Under the pieces are notes generated by a model, which was not told the DNA's origin, ran no database searches, and saw nothing but the letters and a program-made list of their open reading frames with translations. Shown piece after piece: positions 10,249 through 22,026 of a DNA stretch of 64,000 nt. The position numbers and the translations under genes are program-made. Location: contig AP024666.1 of assembly GCA_024346625.1 (NCBI GenBank), positions 1,488,001 to 1,552,000 of the forward strand. Reading direction: 5' to 3'. Numbering within the stretch: the first letter of the stretch is position 1; every line of letters starts with the position of its first letter. This stretch comes from Williopsis jadinii. Taxonomy: Eukaryota.

Positions 10249-12987
10249 ATGAGTTACGAAATGTGTGAAGTTTCAAAGAAAGAGAACAATTTTAATGATG
10301 ACACTATTAAGGAAAAATCCATAGGGACACACGAAACGATAGTGCTCTCAGGTTCTGGCAGTGCCATTGATGGCACAGAGAAAGACTCTGACCCTACTTT
10401 TGGTGAAAGAATCTGGGACGAAAACCGAGTTCATGAGTACTATACTGGTCTCTCACATGAGGATCTGAGTATGCTTTTAGAAAAGTGTGGTCATGGTTAT
10501 TCCACAACTGATGATGAACAGTTGAACGATGAAATGAAGTATGTCCTGGATAAGATCATAAAGATGACTGACGAACGTGCTTTGGACATCTTCAAGGAGA
10601 CCATCAGAGAACATGAACATGACGTTAACTTCCCTGTTGAAGATTGGGGGTTCCTCAACGACTGTTCAAATGGCTTACTGAACATGGATGACCCTAAGGT
10701 GAACTTTAGGGCCAAGTTAACGGCAACGTTGTTTTACTACCACTCAATTTACCCAGAAGTTCGCTCTGTGACTGATATATTTGACGATGATGAGCCATGC
10801 GAGACTATAAGATCTTATACAATTGCTATAATCTGGGTTATTATAGCCTCAGGAATTAACGAGTTCTTCTTTCACAGAATGCCTTCCATCAAACTCTCTT
10901 CAGCAGTTATCTCAGTTCTTATGTACCCATGTGGTAAAGCTTGGGAATATATTATGCCAAACGTTATGGTTCCGTGGTTTGGTGGCAAGATTCCACTGAA
11001 CCCTGGCCCATACTCATACAAGGAACAAATGTTTGCAACTATTCTTAGTGGTGTCTCAGGAACTTCTGTTTATGTTTCCTCCAACATTGTCACGCAAAGA
11101 AAGTTCTTTAATAATGACTGGGTCGACTTTGGTTTTCAGTTTCTATTAACGATGTCTACTCAGTTCATGGGACTCTCATTTGCTGGTATTTTGAGAAAGT
11201 TCTGTATCTATCCAGCAAGAGCCGTCTGGCCAACGCTATTACCTACTCTTGCCCTTAACAGAGCCTTGTTGAAACCAGAGAGAAAGGAAGTGATTCATGG
11301 ATGGAAGATCTCTCGCTACAATTTCTTTTGGATAACATTTGCTGCAATGTTCTGCTATTTCTGGCTGCCAAACTACGTATTTGGTGCCTTGAGTACCTTC
11401 AACTGGATGACTTGGATTGCACCAAATAACTTCAACTTGGCTGTTGTTACTGGAAGTGTTTCAGGCTTGGGCTTGAATCCAGTTCCAACATTTGACTGGA
11501 ATGTTGTTTCCATGCTTGTGAACCCTTTGGCTACCCCATGGCTGACGATTTGGAATATGTACTTGGGAGCATTTCTTGGGTTTTTCATCATCATTGGTGT
11601 GTATTATTCTAACTATTCTTGGACAGCATACCTGCCAATTAATAGCAATGGTATTTTCACCAATACAGGAGAGAGGTTTGATGTGACTGAGATCATCACG
11701 GATGGACTTCTAGATATAGAGAAGTATCAAAGATATTCACCTCCATTCTACACTGCTGCAAATATTGTTATTTACGGCTCTTTCTTCGCACTTTATCCTT
11801 TATCGTTCTTCTACAACACTTACAAAGAGTGGTATACAATCCGAAAGGCGGTTGTGATGTCAATTGTCGGCTTCAAAGAGTCGATACAAAATTTCAGCTT
11901 CACGACTTTCGTCAGGGCTGATAGCTATACTTTCAGAAAGTTTAATGACCCAACCACCAAAATGATGAGAAAGTACAAAGAGGTTCCTGATTGGTTCTAT
12001 TTGGTGATTCTTGTCATTGCATTCATGCTCTCGATCATCACTGTTGAAGTTTACAAGGAGTCAAAGACACCTGTTTGGGGTATCATATTCGTGCTGGTAA
12101 TCAACTTTCTGTTCTTAATTCCATTCTCCATCCTTTTTGCAACTACTGGTGTACAATTTGGTTTAAATGTGCTTGTCGAGTTGATCATTGGTTATGCTCT
12201 TCATGGTAACGGTATTGCACTTATGACGCTTAAAGCCTTTGGTTACAACATCGATGGCCAAGCTGATAACTTTGTGAGTTCGATGAAGATTGGTCATTAT
12301 TCTAGAATTGCACCACGTGCTATCTTCAGAGCCCAATTGATTGGTACTTTCATCCAGGCCTTTGTTTTCTTAGGTGTTGTGAACTGGTCCATGTCCAACA
12401 TCAAAGACTTTTGCCAACTTGATCAAAGTGCTAAATTTTCTTGTCCACAAGAAAGAACATACTATTCTGCTGCTGTTTTATGGGGTACTATTGGACCAAG
12501 AATTGTCTTTTCTGGATTGTATCCAACAATGCAATATGCATTTTTGATGGGATTTGGTATTGCTCTTATCTTTATTGCATTGAGACATTGGGGCGGACAT
12601 ACGTCTTGGTACGGATATGTTGGAAAGCTTGAGCCAACAGTAATTTTGGGTGGTATTCTCTCAACATATGCGCCATATAACCTAACATATCTTACTGGTG
12701 CATTATACTTTGGTTTCATGTTCATGAGAATAATCAGAATTCGTTATGTTGCCTGGTTCGAGAAGTATGACTATGTCTTGTCTGCTGCGTTAACCGCGGG
12801 TGTTGCCTTCTCTGCCATTATCATCTTCTTTGCTGTTCAGTATCATCCAAAGGATCTCAATTGGTGGGGTAATACCGTTAGTGGTACTGGAGCTGACGGT
12901 GGTGTTGGACAAGTGGCGCTATATGACGTCTCTGATACTGAGAGAGGTTACTTTGGACCTGAGAGGGGTAATTATCCAACAGCATAG
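10249..12987 (+). CDS. OPT-family oligopeptide transporter (paralog B, tandem duplicate)
   Basis: 912 aa, collinear with paralog A, same OPT motifs; start may be 10249 or 10261. Confidence 0.96.
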   Translation: MSYEMCEVSKKENNFNDDTIKEKSIGTHETIVLSGSGSAIDGTEKDSDPTFGERIWDENRVHEYYTGLSHEDLSMLLEKCGHGYSTTDDEQLNDEMKYVLDKIIKMTDERALDIFKETIREHEHDVNFPVEDWGFLNDCSNGLLNMDDPKVNFRAKLTATLFYYHSIYPEVRSVTDIFDDDEPCETIRSYTIAIIWVIIASGINEFFFHRMPSIKLSSAVISVLMYPCGKAWEYIMPNVMVPWFGGKIPLNPGPYSYKEQMFATILSGVSGTSVYVSSNIVTQRKFFNNDWVDFGFQFLLTMSTQFMGLSFAGILRKFCIYPARAVWPTLLPTLALNRALLKPERKEVIHGWKISRYNFFWITFAAMFCYFWLPNYVFGALSTFNWMTWIAPNNFNLAVVTGSVSGLGLNPVPTFDWNVVSMLVNPLATPWLTIWNMYLGAFLGFFIIIGVYYSNYSWTAYLPINSNGIFTNTGERFDVTEIITDGLLDIEKYQRYSPPFYTAANIVIYGSFFALYPLSFFYNTYKEWYTIRKAVVMSIVGFKESIQNFSFTTFVRADSYTFRKFNDPTTKMMRKYKEVPDWFYLVILVIAFMLSIITVEVYKESKTPVWGIIFVLVINFLFLIPFSILFATTGVQFGLNVLVELIIGYALHGNGIALMTLKAFGYNIDGQADNFVSSMKIGHYSRIAPRAIFRAQLIGTFIQAFVFLGVVNWSMSNIKDFCQLDQSAKFSCPQERTYYSAAVLWGTIGPRIVFSGLYPTMQYAFLMGFGIALIFIALRHWGGHTSWYGYVGKLEPTVILGGILSTYAPYNLTYLTGALYFGFMFMRIIRIRYVAWFEKYDYVLSAALTAGVAFSAIIIFFAVQYHPKDLNWWGNTVSGTGADGGVGQVALYDVSDTERGYFGPERGNYPTA

Positions 12988-13402
12988 CTTTTCAGAACTA
13001 CTTTATTTCCTTATTGTCGCAGCGTAGATTGTTAGCTAACCCATAAATAGGAATCATTATATATGTTCACTTCAATATGTAAAGATGTTAAGATAGTCTC
13101 ATGTAAGATATGAAAACCATCATATTTAACAGCGAGCCGTCTGATACTGTGCCAATTCAGGAGCATCAATGCTGATAAGAGTCACTCCATATTGTATAAT
13201 TTGTATACAGAACCTTTTCTATTGAGCGGGGGAGATCTAATATTCCATCCCAAGCTAAAGCTACATCATTAAATTTAACAACAAGCTGATCAATTTCCTC
13301 CAATGAGCAATATGCTTCACCTATTGAACAATCAAGTACACATATATAATTAAATAGAAAAGATAAGAAAGAAAGCATCTGGTTGCTCCATGTCATTTGA
13401 AC

Positions 13403-15127
13403 TCATTGCTTCTCGTTACGATCAGCTTTTTCCAAGTCCACAGTCTCACGGTGCTCAGTCGAACTATTGTCACGAGACTCAGTGCGCTCAACGATATCAT
13501 CCTCCTTACTTTCTGCATCAACGATATCGTTATCCTTAAGCTGTGCAATGTCTGATCTGTCAGGACAGAGCTGAGCACCCTTTCTCCCGATGAGATACCA
13601 AGGCAAGTCAAACAACTCTTCCATACTCTCCAAAGATCTTCCAGAGATTTCTGGAAGGAAGAACCATGCCCAGAACAAACCCATAAGCAACATAGCAGAG
13701 CCCATAAAGAACGTCCCACCTGGAGTAATTGTAATGAGCATGGATGGCATAGCCTTTGTGGTGGAGTATTGGTGGATATAGTGCCATGCCATGATCATAG
13801 CAGTACCAATATTACGAACACCCAAAGGTAACATTTCAGCGTTGATCAAGTATTGAATGGAATTCCAGCCCATTGTCCAGCCGACACCTGACATGTACAA
13901 GGCTGCTAGAGCCGCATAACTGGCTCTACGAGCTGAATCGGAAACAGTGGAACCTTCTTCACCTCCATTAGGAACAATGATCATGTAAATAGCAAAGAAC
14001 AGAGTTGATAACAATTGAACCGTAATACCCAGGTAAAGAGCCCTCTTTCTTCCAAAGTAATCAATGATGAAGAAGGCACTAATGTATGCGGAAGTAAATT
14101 TCACGACACCTAAGAAACAAGAGTACAATAATCTATCATTACCTTGGACTCCAACAAGACCAACCAAATCAGGCATATAAACAGTGATACTTCCTGCGAA
14201 GGACCATTGGCCAAGGATTTGTGCAGTCAGCGCAAGTAGAATACGGTAACGGACAGATTTGACTAAGAAGAGCTCTTTGAAAATACCGAGAAGTGTGTAC
14301 TTACCTCTTGCCTCTTCTTCAAGAGCTAACTGAGCTTGGATATCATGGATCTCTGATTGAATGTATGCATGGTCTGTTGGAAGGTGTCTGATCTTTGACA
14401 ACATCAAAGCAGATCTTTCAACTCTGCCGCGTTTGACCAACCATCTTGGTGATTCATAGCAGAAAAGGCTTCCGATGAACAATAGACCAGCCAAAACGAT
14501 TTTGAAAGCAGTTGGAACTATCCATTGTTGGTCTGAGTCCGGATCCATATTGACTGCACAGCCGTAATTGATAAAGTTAGAGAGGAAAGAACCCACGTAC
14601 ACGGCACCAGCAAAGATACAGTTGGTCAAACCACGGATATTCTTTGGAGAAATCTCTGAAAGATAACAAGGGCCTATAACAACAGTTTGACCCACGCAGA
14701 AACCTTCAAACAGTCTCCCAACGTGTAGTTGGCCAACAGACTGGGAAGTTATCTGAATAACAACTGCGATAATCCAGCCAATACAGACACCTTGAAGAGT
14801 TCTAATACGACCTAATCGGTCAACAAGAACCATAGCCAGCAATGACCCACCAATAGAGCCGACAAGAACCATAGAAGTAATGTTAGACGCCAAATCAGCC
14901 AACTGCTCCGCAGTAGCGTCAGGATTATTCAAGCCAAATCTTTCAATGAAGGGCTCCTTAACAACGAGACCACCAATATAACCTTCATCGTAACCACGAG
15001 CGCAACCGAGAATACCAAAGACAAAACAGGCAATGTATAGAGTTCTATTAAAGATCTCTGGTGGAGCACCTTCCGTGCTGTAGTATTTGCCGAAAAACCT
15101 CTTCACTGGAGAGAAGATGTTGGACAT
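13403..15127 (-). CDS. MFS sugar-porter family transporter (quinate-permease-like)
   Basis: GYDEG, DRLGR, YLSEISPKNIRG, ESPRWL, DYFGRK and LPEISGRSLE sugar-porter motifs; ATG 15127 (MSNIF), minus-strand TATAAAA at 15194-15200. Substrate is inferred only. Confidence 0.9.
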   Translation of the reverse strand: MSNIFSPVKRFFGKYYSTEGAPPEIFNRTLYIACFVFGILGCARGYDEGYIGGLVVKEPFIERFGLNNPDATAEQLADLASNITSMVLVGSIGGSLLAMVLVDRLGRIRTLQGVCIGWIIAVVIQITSQSVGQLHVGRLFEGFCVGQTVVIGPCYLSEISPKNIRGLTNCIFAGAVYVGSFLSNFINYGCAVNMDPDSDQQWIVPTAFKIVLAGLLFIGSLFCYESPRWLVKRGRVERSALMLSKIRHLPTDHAYIQSEIHDIQAQLALEEEARGKYTLLGIFKELFLVKSVRYRILLALTAQILGQWSFAGSITVYMPDLVGLVGVQGNDRLLYSCFLGVVKFTSAYISAFFIIDYFGRKRALYLGITVQLLSTLFFAIYMIIVPNGGEEGSTVSDSARRASYAALAALYMSGVGWTMGWNSIQYLINAEMLPLGVRNIGTAMIMAWHYIHQYSTTKAMPSMLITITPGGTFFMGSAMLLMGLFWAWFFLPEISGRSLESMEELFDLPWYLIGRKGAQLCPDRSDIAQLKDNDIVDAESKEDDIVERTESRDNSSTEHRETVDLEKADRNEKQ

Positions 15128-18100
15128 TTGTGAAGTTAATGTTTGATGAGAGACTAAGAACAACCAGACAAGAGAAACATGAATTAGATGTCCTTTTATA
15201 GACCAACCAGTCAAGACAATCCATACGTTCACCAGACCATCTGGTCTGACATAGATGATTTCTCCACCACGTCGTCACCTAACCAGTCAACTGCTTCATA
15301 GCAGAGAAGTCTTCTGTGGTTTTGTGAGTACGATGCAGACTGTACATACGGTTCCTTGAACTGTACGAGGTTCATACGCAGGATGGTGGGGAGAGCGGGC
15401 TACAATGGTATGATGTGGTAAGACCGATGACCACACTGTCAGTATCATGATATGTATCTGCTACCTTGTACTCACCAACAGCTAACACAGAATAGCCAAG
15501 AACAGTGTCTCAGCTAACGTGTAAAGCCAAACGTATGAGGTGTCTTGGTTCTTGTCCTAAGAGCTCTTTCAGTATTGGCATTAGCATATTCACTGGGCTT
15601 TTGAGGTCACGTCTTACTCTTCACATCAATGAGTCAAACAGTGTGGGGGTGGACTTCTACCATCAGAGACTCAGTTTAGTGTCTGTTTCTTGACATCAAA
15701 ATGATAACAGGGTTGGACCCTGATGTCGGCGAAAGCAAAACAAGGTTTCAACGCTTTTCAATGCAGGCACATACCTTCACAAATGCCGACAGTATAAGTT
15801 ATAGCCTTAGAGAGAACGAATTGTTTGGAAGCTAGCGTAGAAAAAGATCTAAAGATTCCCCAAACATTCTACACGATGTAACTCTCCACTGTATTGACTG
15901 TGTGTGGGGTTTTAGTCGTGCTACTCACATCGAAAGTAGGCATCTGTTAACTTCTGAAGAACATGGGACTACGCATACGGAAGACTGCCACCACACTTTT
16001 GATGGAAAAGGAAAAGAGATTCAGTGAGATTCGAATTTGGTTAACACATTACTAAAGAGGGGAAATCGAGCTTTGTGGAGGCATCCTTGCTTGGTATTGC
16101 AATAATCAGCATGACTTTGACGGTAACCCGTCTTTCTACGGAAACCCTGAGGAGAAACTAAGCGTTGTCCATGTTCAGTACACGTAAAGATCAGGCAATG
16201 AAAAGGAAAGCCCTAGAGATGAGCCATCCGTTACTTTGAGGCTTGAATTGCGTGTATTATTTCCTCTATTGGTGAGCTTAAGAGCATGCAAAAGCATTTT
16301 TATTCCTTTTTCTCTTGACTCTAACTGGTGGGTTGAACTTACCCAGAAGGATTAACTGCGAGTGTCAAACATTAAAGTGTATCAAATATGATAGGACATT
16401 TCAACCAAGTACCCAATTACGTTGAAAATAGATGCATTACAAAGATTCTACTCTGATTCAGCACAGTCAATTAATCACCAAAGGAATCTCTCACAAACAT
16501 TGACCTTAGGGACTCATGGCTTTAGTGGTACAGTTGTTGGGTTGTTACAGTTCCACTTATAATGACGTATGCATATTCATATCAACCTGGAAAGTGGTGG
16601 AATATTTGAATCATCACAATCATAAGGGGGGCCCTGAAGGGATAATTCAAAGTCAAATCACCTGGTTTCGGGTGTCCAGGACCCTTTGGGCTTACCGATC
16701 ATTGCGTGTGTTGTCCAAGAGTCAAGAACATCGCGTATATGAGAAACTGGAAAACTTTTGTTTGAACACCTGTGGCAGCGACCCAACATCCACCACCACT
16801 TGAAGACATCCCGCATTTTTACGAGCCAATGTTTCTTTGACATTATCAAAACTGTAACCCCTCAAATTGGAGCTATGAAGGTGTTATTGGACAAGGTAAT
16901 CACAGCACGTTGGCTTTTCGTAATTCAACCACCATAGAAGACTTCTTGAACAGCAGCTACAATTACACAACAAGAAATCAATATTTAGGGAACACTGGGG
17001 GAGGGGAGGAGGTACCATTCCCCAAGTGCTCGAAGCCCCATAAATGTCCATACGCTTACAGAGAACATTTGTTTCTTCCAGTGGACTTGAAGAAGTTCGT
17101 AGTTACACGAACAAGGGAAAAAGGACAATACCGTTTTATGTCGCCAACGGGAAAATGCAGGTGTCAAAGAATTGAAATAAACCTCCACCATGAGATGAAT
17201 GTTTGTAATGAGTGATTGTTGTGGTGGATGGCCAACTTCAGACGGTGAACCAAGGATGTGAAAAGTCATAGATATTTCCCATAAGTCAACAATCAACGTT
17301 GACAGCTTAAGAATAGATGAGACCTACTGCATGTTGTTATCCGCAGCATTTGGGAGCTTGTCAAGTTGCAAGTTCCACTCTTCAGAATGTCAAAGCCAAA
17401 AAAGAGGTAGTCTTGCAGTTCATATTCGCCTATCATAACTCTAAAACAATCTAAGTACCGACCAAACCTTTCCATTCCTTCGCTACCGATAACCTTTACC
17501 GATTTCGCTATCCGCTCCGTTACCGGTTCTGGTCTTCACCGTTCACGGCATACCACTCCTAAGGCTCAGATACGTTGGTATCTAATTTGAACAGGGCATT
17601 TGCAGCACTATATTCAAACACGTTACGGAAAAACAAGGCGCTAATTTCTTCCCTTTTAGTCAACGTCCTGTTGTTTCATCGAGTGGAAAGCAAATGTATC
17701 ATCAACCTTGCCGTGCGGAAAAATTTTTTTATAAGCCCGATTTGTGAACTCATGGCTTGCGCGTCATCGGGATATTCAGATTGGGCCTACAGAGTTGGTT
17801 TACCTATTTGTCTCGAACCCTTGTAGACATTTCAGTTATAAACTTGGAGACTCTCATCGTCGTCATCTTTGAACCACACAAGTGGGAAAGTGTCTGGGTA
17901 TGACAAACTGTGCGATATTTCGTAGTTTCACGAAGCTCTGTGACGCAAAGTAGGGTGTAAAGGTGTACTTCAACGTGCACTGGCCGCGGTGGTACTTTGA
18001 GCCTTTCCAAAGACGAGTATCGGACATGCTGCTATACGAGGCTAGATAGCGGTTATGTATAATTCTCGGTGCATACCGGTTAGAAAAAAAATAGCCTAAA

Positions 18101-18687
18101 GACAACAAAACTGTTCATTAGCCCACAAAGAGATGCCAACTGACAGGTTTTGCCTTTCAAGTATCAAGACACGATGATTGAAAAAAGCAAAGATCCTCAT
18201 AGTGTCCACATGTAGTTTATTCGGAAGACCTTTGTTGGTCAACATCACCAGTCTCCCCGCACAATACAAGACAATGCAGTTACCGTGAGACGAGGAGTAA
18301 AAAGCCCAAAGCAGACATATAGAATGGTCTCCACAGGCTGAGCGTTTTCTCTCATACGGGTTTGTTGAACAGCGGACGTGAGAACTCCAGAGGAATTGTT
18401 GAAGTTGATGAAGGTGAAAAGAGAGAGGCATTCCTTCCGGGATTCTACGGCGACGTACAGTGTACCTGTTGTAGCATTTTACGCGCAGAAGAAAAATACA
18501 AGGACGAGGCACTGATCCGAAATTCTCCGGAACGTGCGCAAAACCAGCACAGATAGACACATCCAGACATCATTTTGTGCCTTGGACATGGCGACACTGT
18601 ACACACAGTGAAACACCATAGATTGAAGACGGCACTCCAGAGTCGAGACGTGTGGGCGTTCCCTTCCGCTAAAGAGAATAACGCAAT

Positions 18688-18696
18688 ATGAGTCAT
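18688..18696. promoter_or_regulatory. Consensus Gcn4/AP-1 site ATGAGTCAT upstream of MAE1
   Basis: Exact optimal Gcn4 site ~940 bp upstream of the MAE1 ATG. Confidence 0.4.
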
Positions 18697-19634
18697 ACCT
18701 CGGAGCTTTTTTCCACCAATGCATCGTTGTTTCTTTTTTCACGATGCTTTCATACCGTATGGAAGTGTCAAAAAATCTGATGTTTTGGTTCCGTTTACCC
18801 CAGAATTCGCAATCGCTTTGTTCTCTATGGGCATCTGGAACTTCACCAAAATTTCAACGTGTTTGTCTGATGCGAGTGAGCCAAGCATGCTAAATATGGT
18901 TTGCGCAGCAGAAAACATCAAAGCTTATCCGACATATGGAGCCAGGGAACACGGTAGACGCCACACCAGCGCAATGCAATTCAAGGCAACAGTTAATTGG
19001 CTGCGCGTGCCTAACAGTTGGGTTTTTTATCGTTTATCGTCTAGAGAGATCAATCGAACCTTGCGTAGCTAACCATTGACACCCCCTTCTCAATCCAAAA
19101 GCATCGTACCTAATAACTTTCTTCAGCTTAATTCCAGTCGATAATTCATCTTCTGCAATCACCTGGCACCACCTCTTCCCCCCCTCCTGAACGCTTAGCC
19201 CGTCCTGTACATTGTAGTGGTTGGTAGGCATATGCGCGGGACGCCCATTGGCCGACTACGGCTGTCTGAAGCCTAGGGCACGGACACCCGGCTTTCTCCT
19301 TCTGCCTAAATCTTCTTTTGGGCTTGTTTTTCGCCCGCTTCTCTGTTTCTTTGGCACCAAAAGTCGTAGCAGAAAACCTGCACCCGGTGGTTGTCGTCCA
19401 GTTTCGTTCCTAATGTCCAAACAAAAATAAAAACTGCTTTTGTCCTTTCAATCGCTTCGAAATCTCTCTAACATTTCAAGACAAAGAGACTTAAGTTTAA
19501 CCCTGTCCTCATTTCTTTTTTTTTCTACCCGAGGGCTTTCCCCTGTTTCTTACTCATCCTGTGTCCCCTCTTAGAGCGTTTTAATATAAATAGAAGCACA
19601 GGTCCCTCTCTTCACCTACAAGACCTTTGACAAG

Positions 19635-21623
19635 ATGCTTTCCAAGAGATCCTCTAGACTTGCGAATCTCATCTCCGCTAGATATTCCATCAAGACCATG
19701 ACAATCTCAAACACCCAAGCTGCTGACGGCAGACGTTACTCCACAACTGTGGGTGCCAGTGGAGCATCGACGACAAGAGACACGACGATAGGTTCCGTTA
19801 ACCAGTACCCAGATGAGTGCATTATGAAGGAGCCTATTGGTGAGGCTGCTCGTGCAGCCATCAATGTTGCAAAGGCCACAAGACTCTCTGCTGTTGGCCC
19901 AATTGAGTGTTCTCTCAACGGTTTCCAGCTGCTGAACTCTCCATTGTTCAACAAAGGTTCCGCTTTCACACTCGAGGAGCGTGCTGCGTTTGGCCTCGAA
20001 GGTTTGTTACCTGCCCAGGTCAACGACCTTAATGCCCAAGTTGAGAGGGCTTACAAGCAATTGTGCTACTTGAAGACACCATTGGCCAAGAACGACTTCT
20101 GTTCGTCAATGAGAGTGCAGAACAAGGTTCTGTTTTACGAATTGGTGAGAAGACACATTAGAGAGCTGGTTCCAATCATCTACACACCAACTGAAGGTGA
20201 CGCCATTGCTGCCTACTCCCACAGATTTAGAAAACCAGAAGGTTGCTTCCTCGATATCACAGATCCAGACTCCATCGACCGCAGACTGGCCAACTTTGGT
20301 GAAGATAAGGATGTTGACTACATTGTTGTCTCTGACGGTGAAGGTATCTTGGGTATTGGTGACCAAGGTGTTGGTGGTGTCCGTATTGCCATCTCTAAGC
20401 TTGCCCTTATGACCCTTTGTGGTGGTATCCACCCAGGTAGAGTCATCCCAGTGTGTCTTGATGTTGGTACCAACAACAAGAAGCTGATCACCGATGATTT
20501 GTACATGGGTAACAGATTCCCAAGAGTCCGTGGTAAGGAGTACGACGACTTTGTCGACAAGTTTATCCAGGTTTTGAAGAGAAGATTCCCATCTGCAACT
20601 CTTCATTTTGAGGATTTCGGTGTCACCACTGGTCGTCCACTCTTGCAAAGATACAGAAACGAGTTGGCTTGTTTCAACGATGATATCCAAGGTACCGGTG
20701 CTGTTGTTATGGCTTCCCTCTCTGCAGCCTTGAAGCACACCAACCGTAACCTTTTGGACTCCCAAATTGTCATCTACGGTGCTGGTTCCGCCGGTTTGGG
20801 TATTGCTGATCAAATCGTCAACCACATGGTTACACACGGTGCCACTGTCGAGGAGGCCAAGTCTAAGATTCACGCTTTAGATATCAGAGGGTTGATTCTC
20901 AAGTCCATGAAGGAGACCTCCACTCCAGATCAACACTCTTATGCCGATGAAGATGCTGATTGGGAGGGAATCGACACAAAGTCACTGTATGAAGTTGTCA
21001 AGAAGATCAAGCCAACTTGTTTGATTGGATGCTCCACACAAGCTGGTGCATTCACGCAGCAGATTGTGCAAGAGATGCACAAGCACAACCCACGTCCAAT
21101 CATCTTCCCATTGTCCAACCCAACAAGACTCCACGAGGCTGTTCCAGAGGACTTGATGGCCTGGACAAACAACGACGCCATGGTTGCCACCGGTTCGCCA
21201 TTCAAACCTGTCGATGGATGGGTCATCTCGGAGAACAACAACTGTTTTGCATTCCCAGGTATCGGCCTGGGTTCTGTTCTTTCGAGAGCCAAGATCATCT
21301 CAGACAAGATGATCTCTGCCGCCGTGGACCAACTGGCTTCCCTGTCCCCATTGTCCAAGGACCCTAAGGCTGGTTTGCTTCCACCATTGGAGGTCATCAA
21401 CGACACTTCTGCCAAGGTTGCTGCTGCTGTCATCCTACAAGCACTGGACGAGGGCCTTGCCCGTATCGAGGACGAGGTGCAGCCAGGCAAGGATGAGTAC
21501 GTTACTGTCCCAAGAGACTTTGATGCCTGTGTGGAGTGGGTGAAACAGCAGATGTGGAAGCCAGAGTACAGACCAATGGTGAAGGTGGAACACAGACACG
21601 ATATCCACACGCATCAGTTCTGA
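19635..21623 (+). CDS. MAE1: Malic enzyme, mitochondrial
   Basis: IYTPTEG, DGEGILGIGDQG, HFEDF, FNDDIQGTG, GAGSAG and PLSNPT motifs; basic N-terminal presequence; strong codon bias; TATAAA near 19585. Confidence 0.97.
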   Translation: MLSKRSSRLANLISARYSIKTMTISNTQAADGRRYSTTVGASGASTTRDTTIGSVNQYPDECIMKEPIGEAARAAINVAKATRLSAVGPIECSLNGFQLLNSPLFNKGSAFTLEERAAFGLEGLLPAQVNDLNAQVERAYKQLCYLKTPLAKNDFCSSMRVQNKVLFYELVRRHIRELVPIIYTPTEGDAIAAYSHRFRKPEGCFLDITDPDSIDRRLANFGEDKDVDYIVVSDGEGILGIGDQGVGGVRIAISKLALMTLCGGIHPGRVIPVCLDVGTNNKKLITDDLYMGNRFPRVRGKEYDDFVDKFIQVLKRRFPSATLHFEDFGVTTGRPLLQRYRNELACFNDDIQGTGAVVMASLSAALKHTNRNLLDSQIVIYGAGSAGLGIADQIVNHMVTHGATVEEAKSKIHALDIRGLILKSMKETSTPDQHSYADEDADWEGIDTKSLYEVVKKIKPTCLIGCSTQAGAFTQQIVQEMHKHNPRPIIFPLSNPTRLHEAVPEDLMAWTNNDAMVATGSPFKPVDGWVISENNNCFAFPGIGLGSVLSRAKIISDKMISAAVDQLASLSPLSKDPKAGLLPPLEVINDTSAKVAAAVILQALDEGLARIEDEVQPGKDEYVTVPRDFDACVEWVKQQMWKPEYRPMVKVEHRHDIHTHQF

Positions 21624-21867
21624 GCACATTGGAACAACGGCATTTGCTCTCTCGTCTCTTCTACACACCAGAGGCTGAGATTCATAACATGAAAAACAAC
21701 ACAATAGGAACGGTTAATAGTATTGTCATTATATACATTCACACACTGGGTTATCATCATATCTCATCACCGTAGTAACGCGGGAAGCAACAATAGCGTA
21801 TGAAAGGCCGGTTCTAGAACAGAGCGTTGTGCTTATTTTAAAACGCGACGCGACGTCCCGGGCACAG

Positions 21868-21891
21868 ACATCCGCACACACACCCGCACAC
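21868..21891 (+). promoter_or_regulatory. Tandem Rap1-like sites upstream of OCH1-like gene
   Basis: ACATCCGCACAC (21868-21879) directly followed by ACACCCGCACAC (21880-21891), matching ACAYCCRYACAY. Confidence 0.45.
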
Positions 21892-22026
21892 CACGTCAAA
21901 TTCCATATTGTTGGTGCATAGGAAGCGAGTCGTGGCATACATAAAATCCCTGAAGAAAAGAGTTGGGGAGTTTTGTTTGAGCTGCTTTCCTTACCCAGTG
22001 ACTGTGCTCATTTGAACGATCCCTCA

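Noticed and set aside
16516..16803. 95-aa ORF with WKVVEYLNHHNH, reminiscent of the MULE/FAR1 W...HNH motif
   Set aside because: No upstream Cys pair, DDE domain or terminal inverted repeats seen; insufficient for a transposon call.
16985..17296. Minus-strand ORF containing EVGHPPQQ, like an aspartic protease N-terminus
   Set aside because: No DTG/DSG catalytic motif follows.
20106..21610. Long antisense ORFs (255 aa, 223 aa) opposite MAE1, and similar ones opposite RFC1, TYS1 and RNA1
   Set aside because: Shadow ORFs caused by codon bias of the sense gene; no recognisable motifs.
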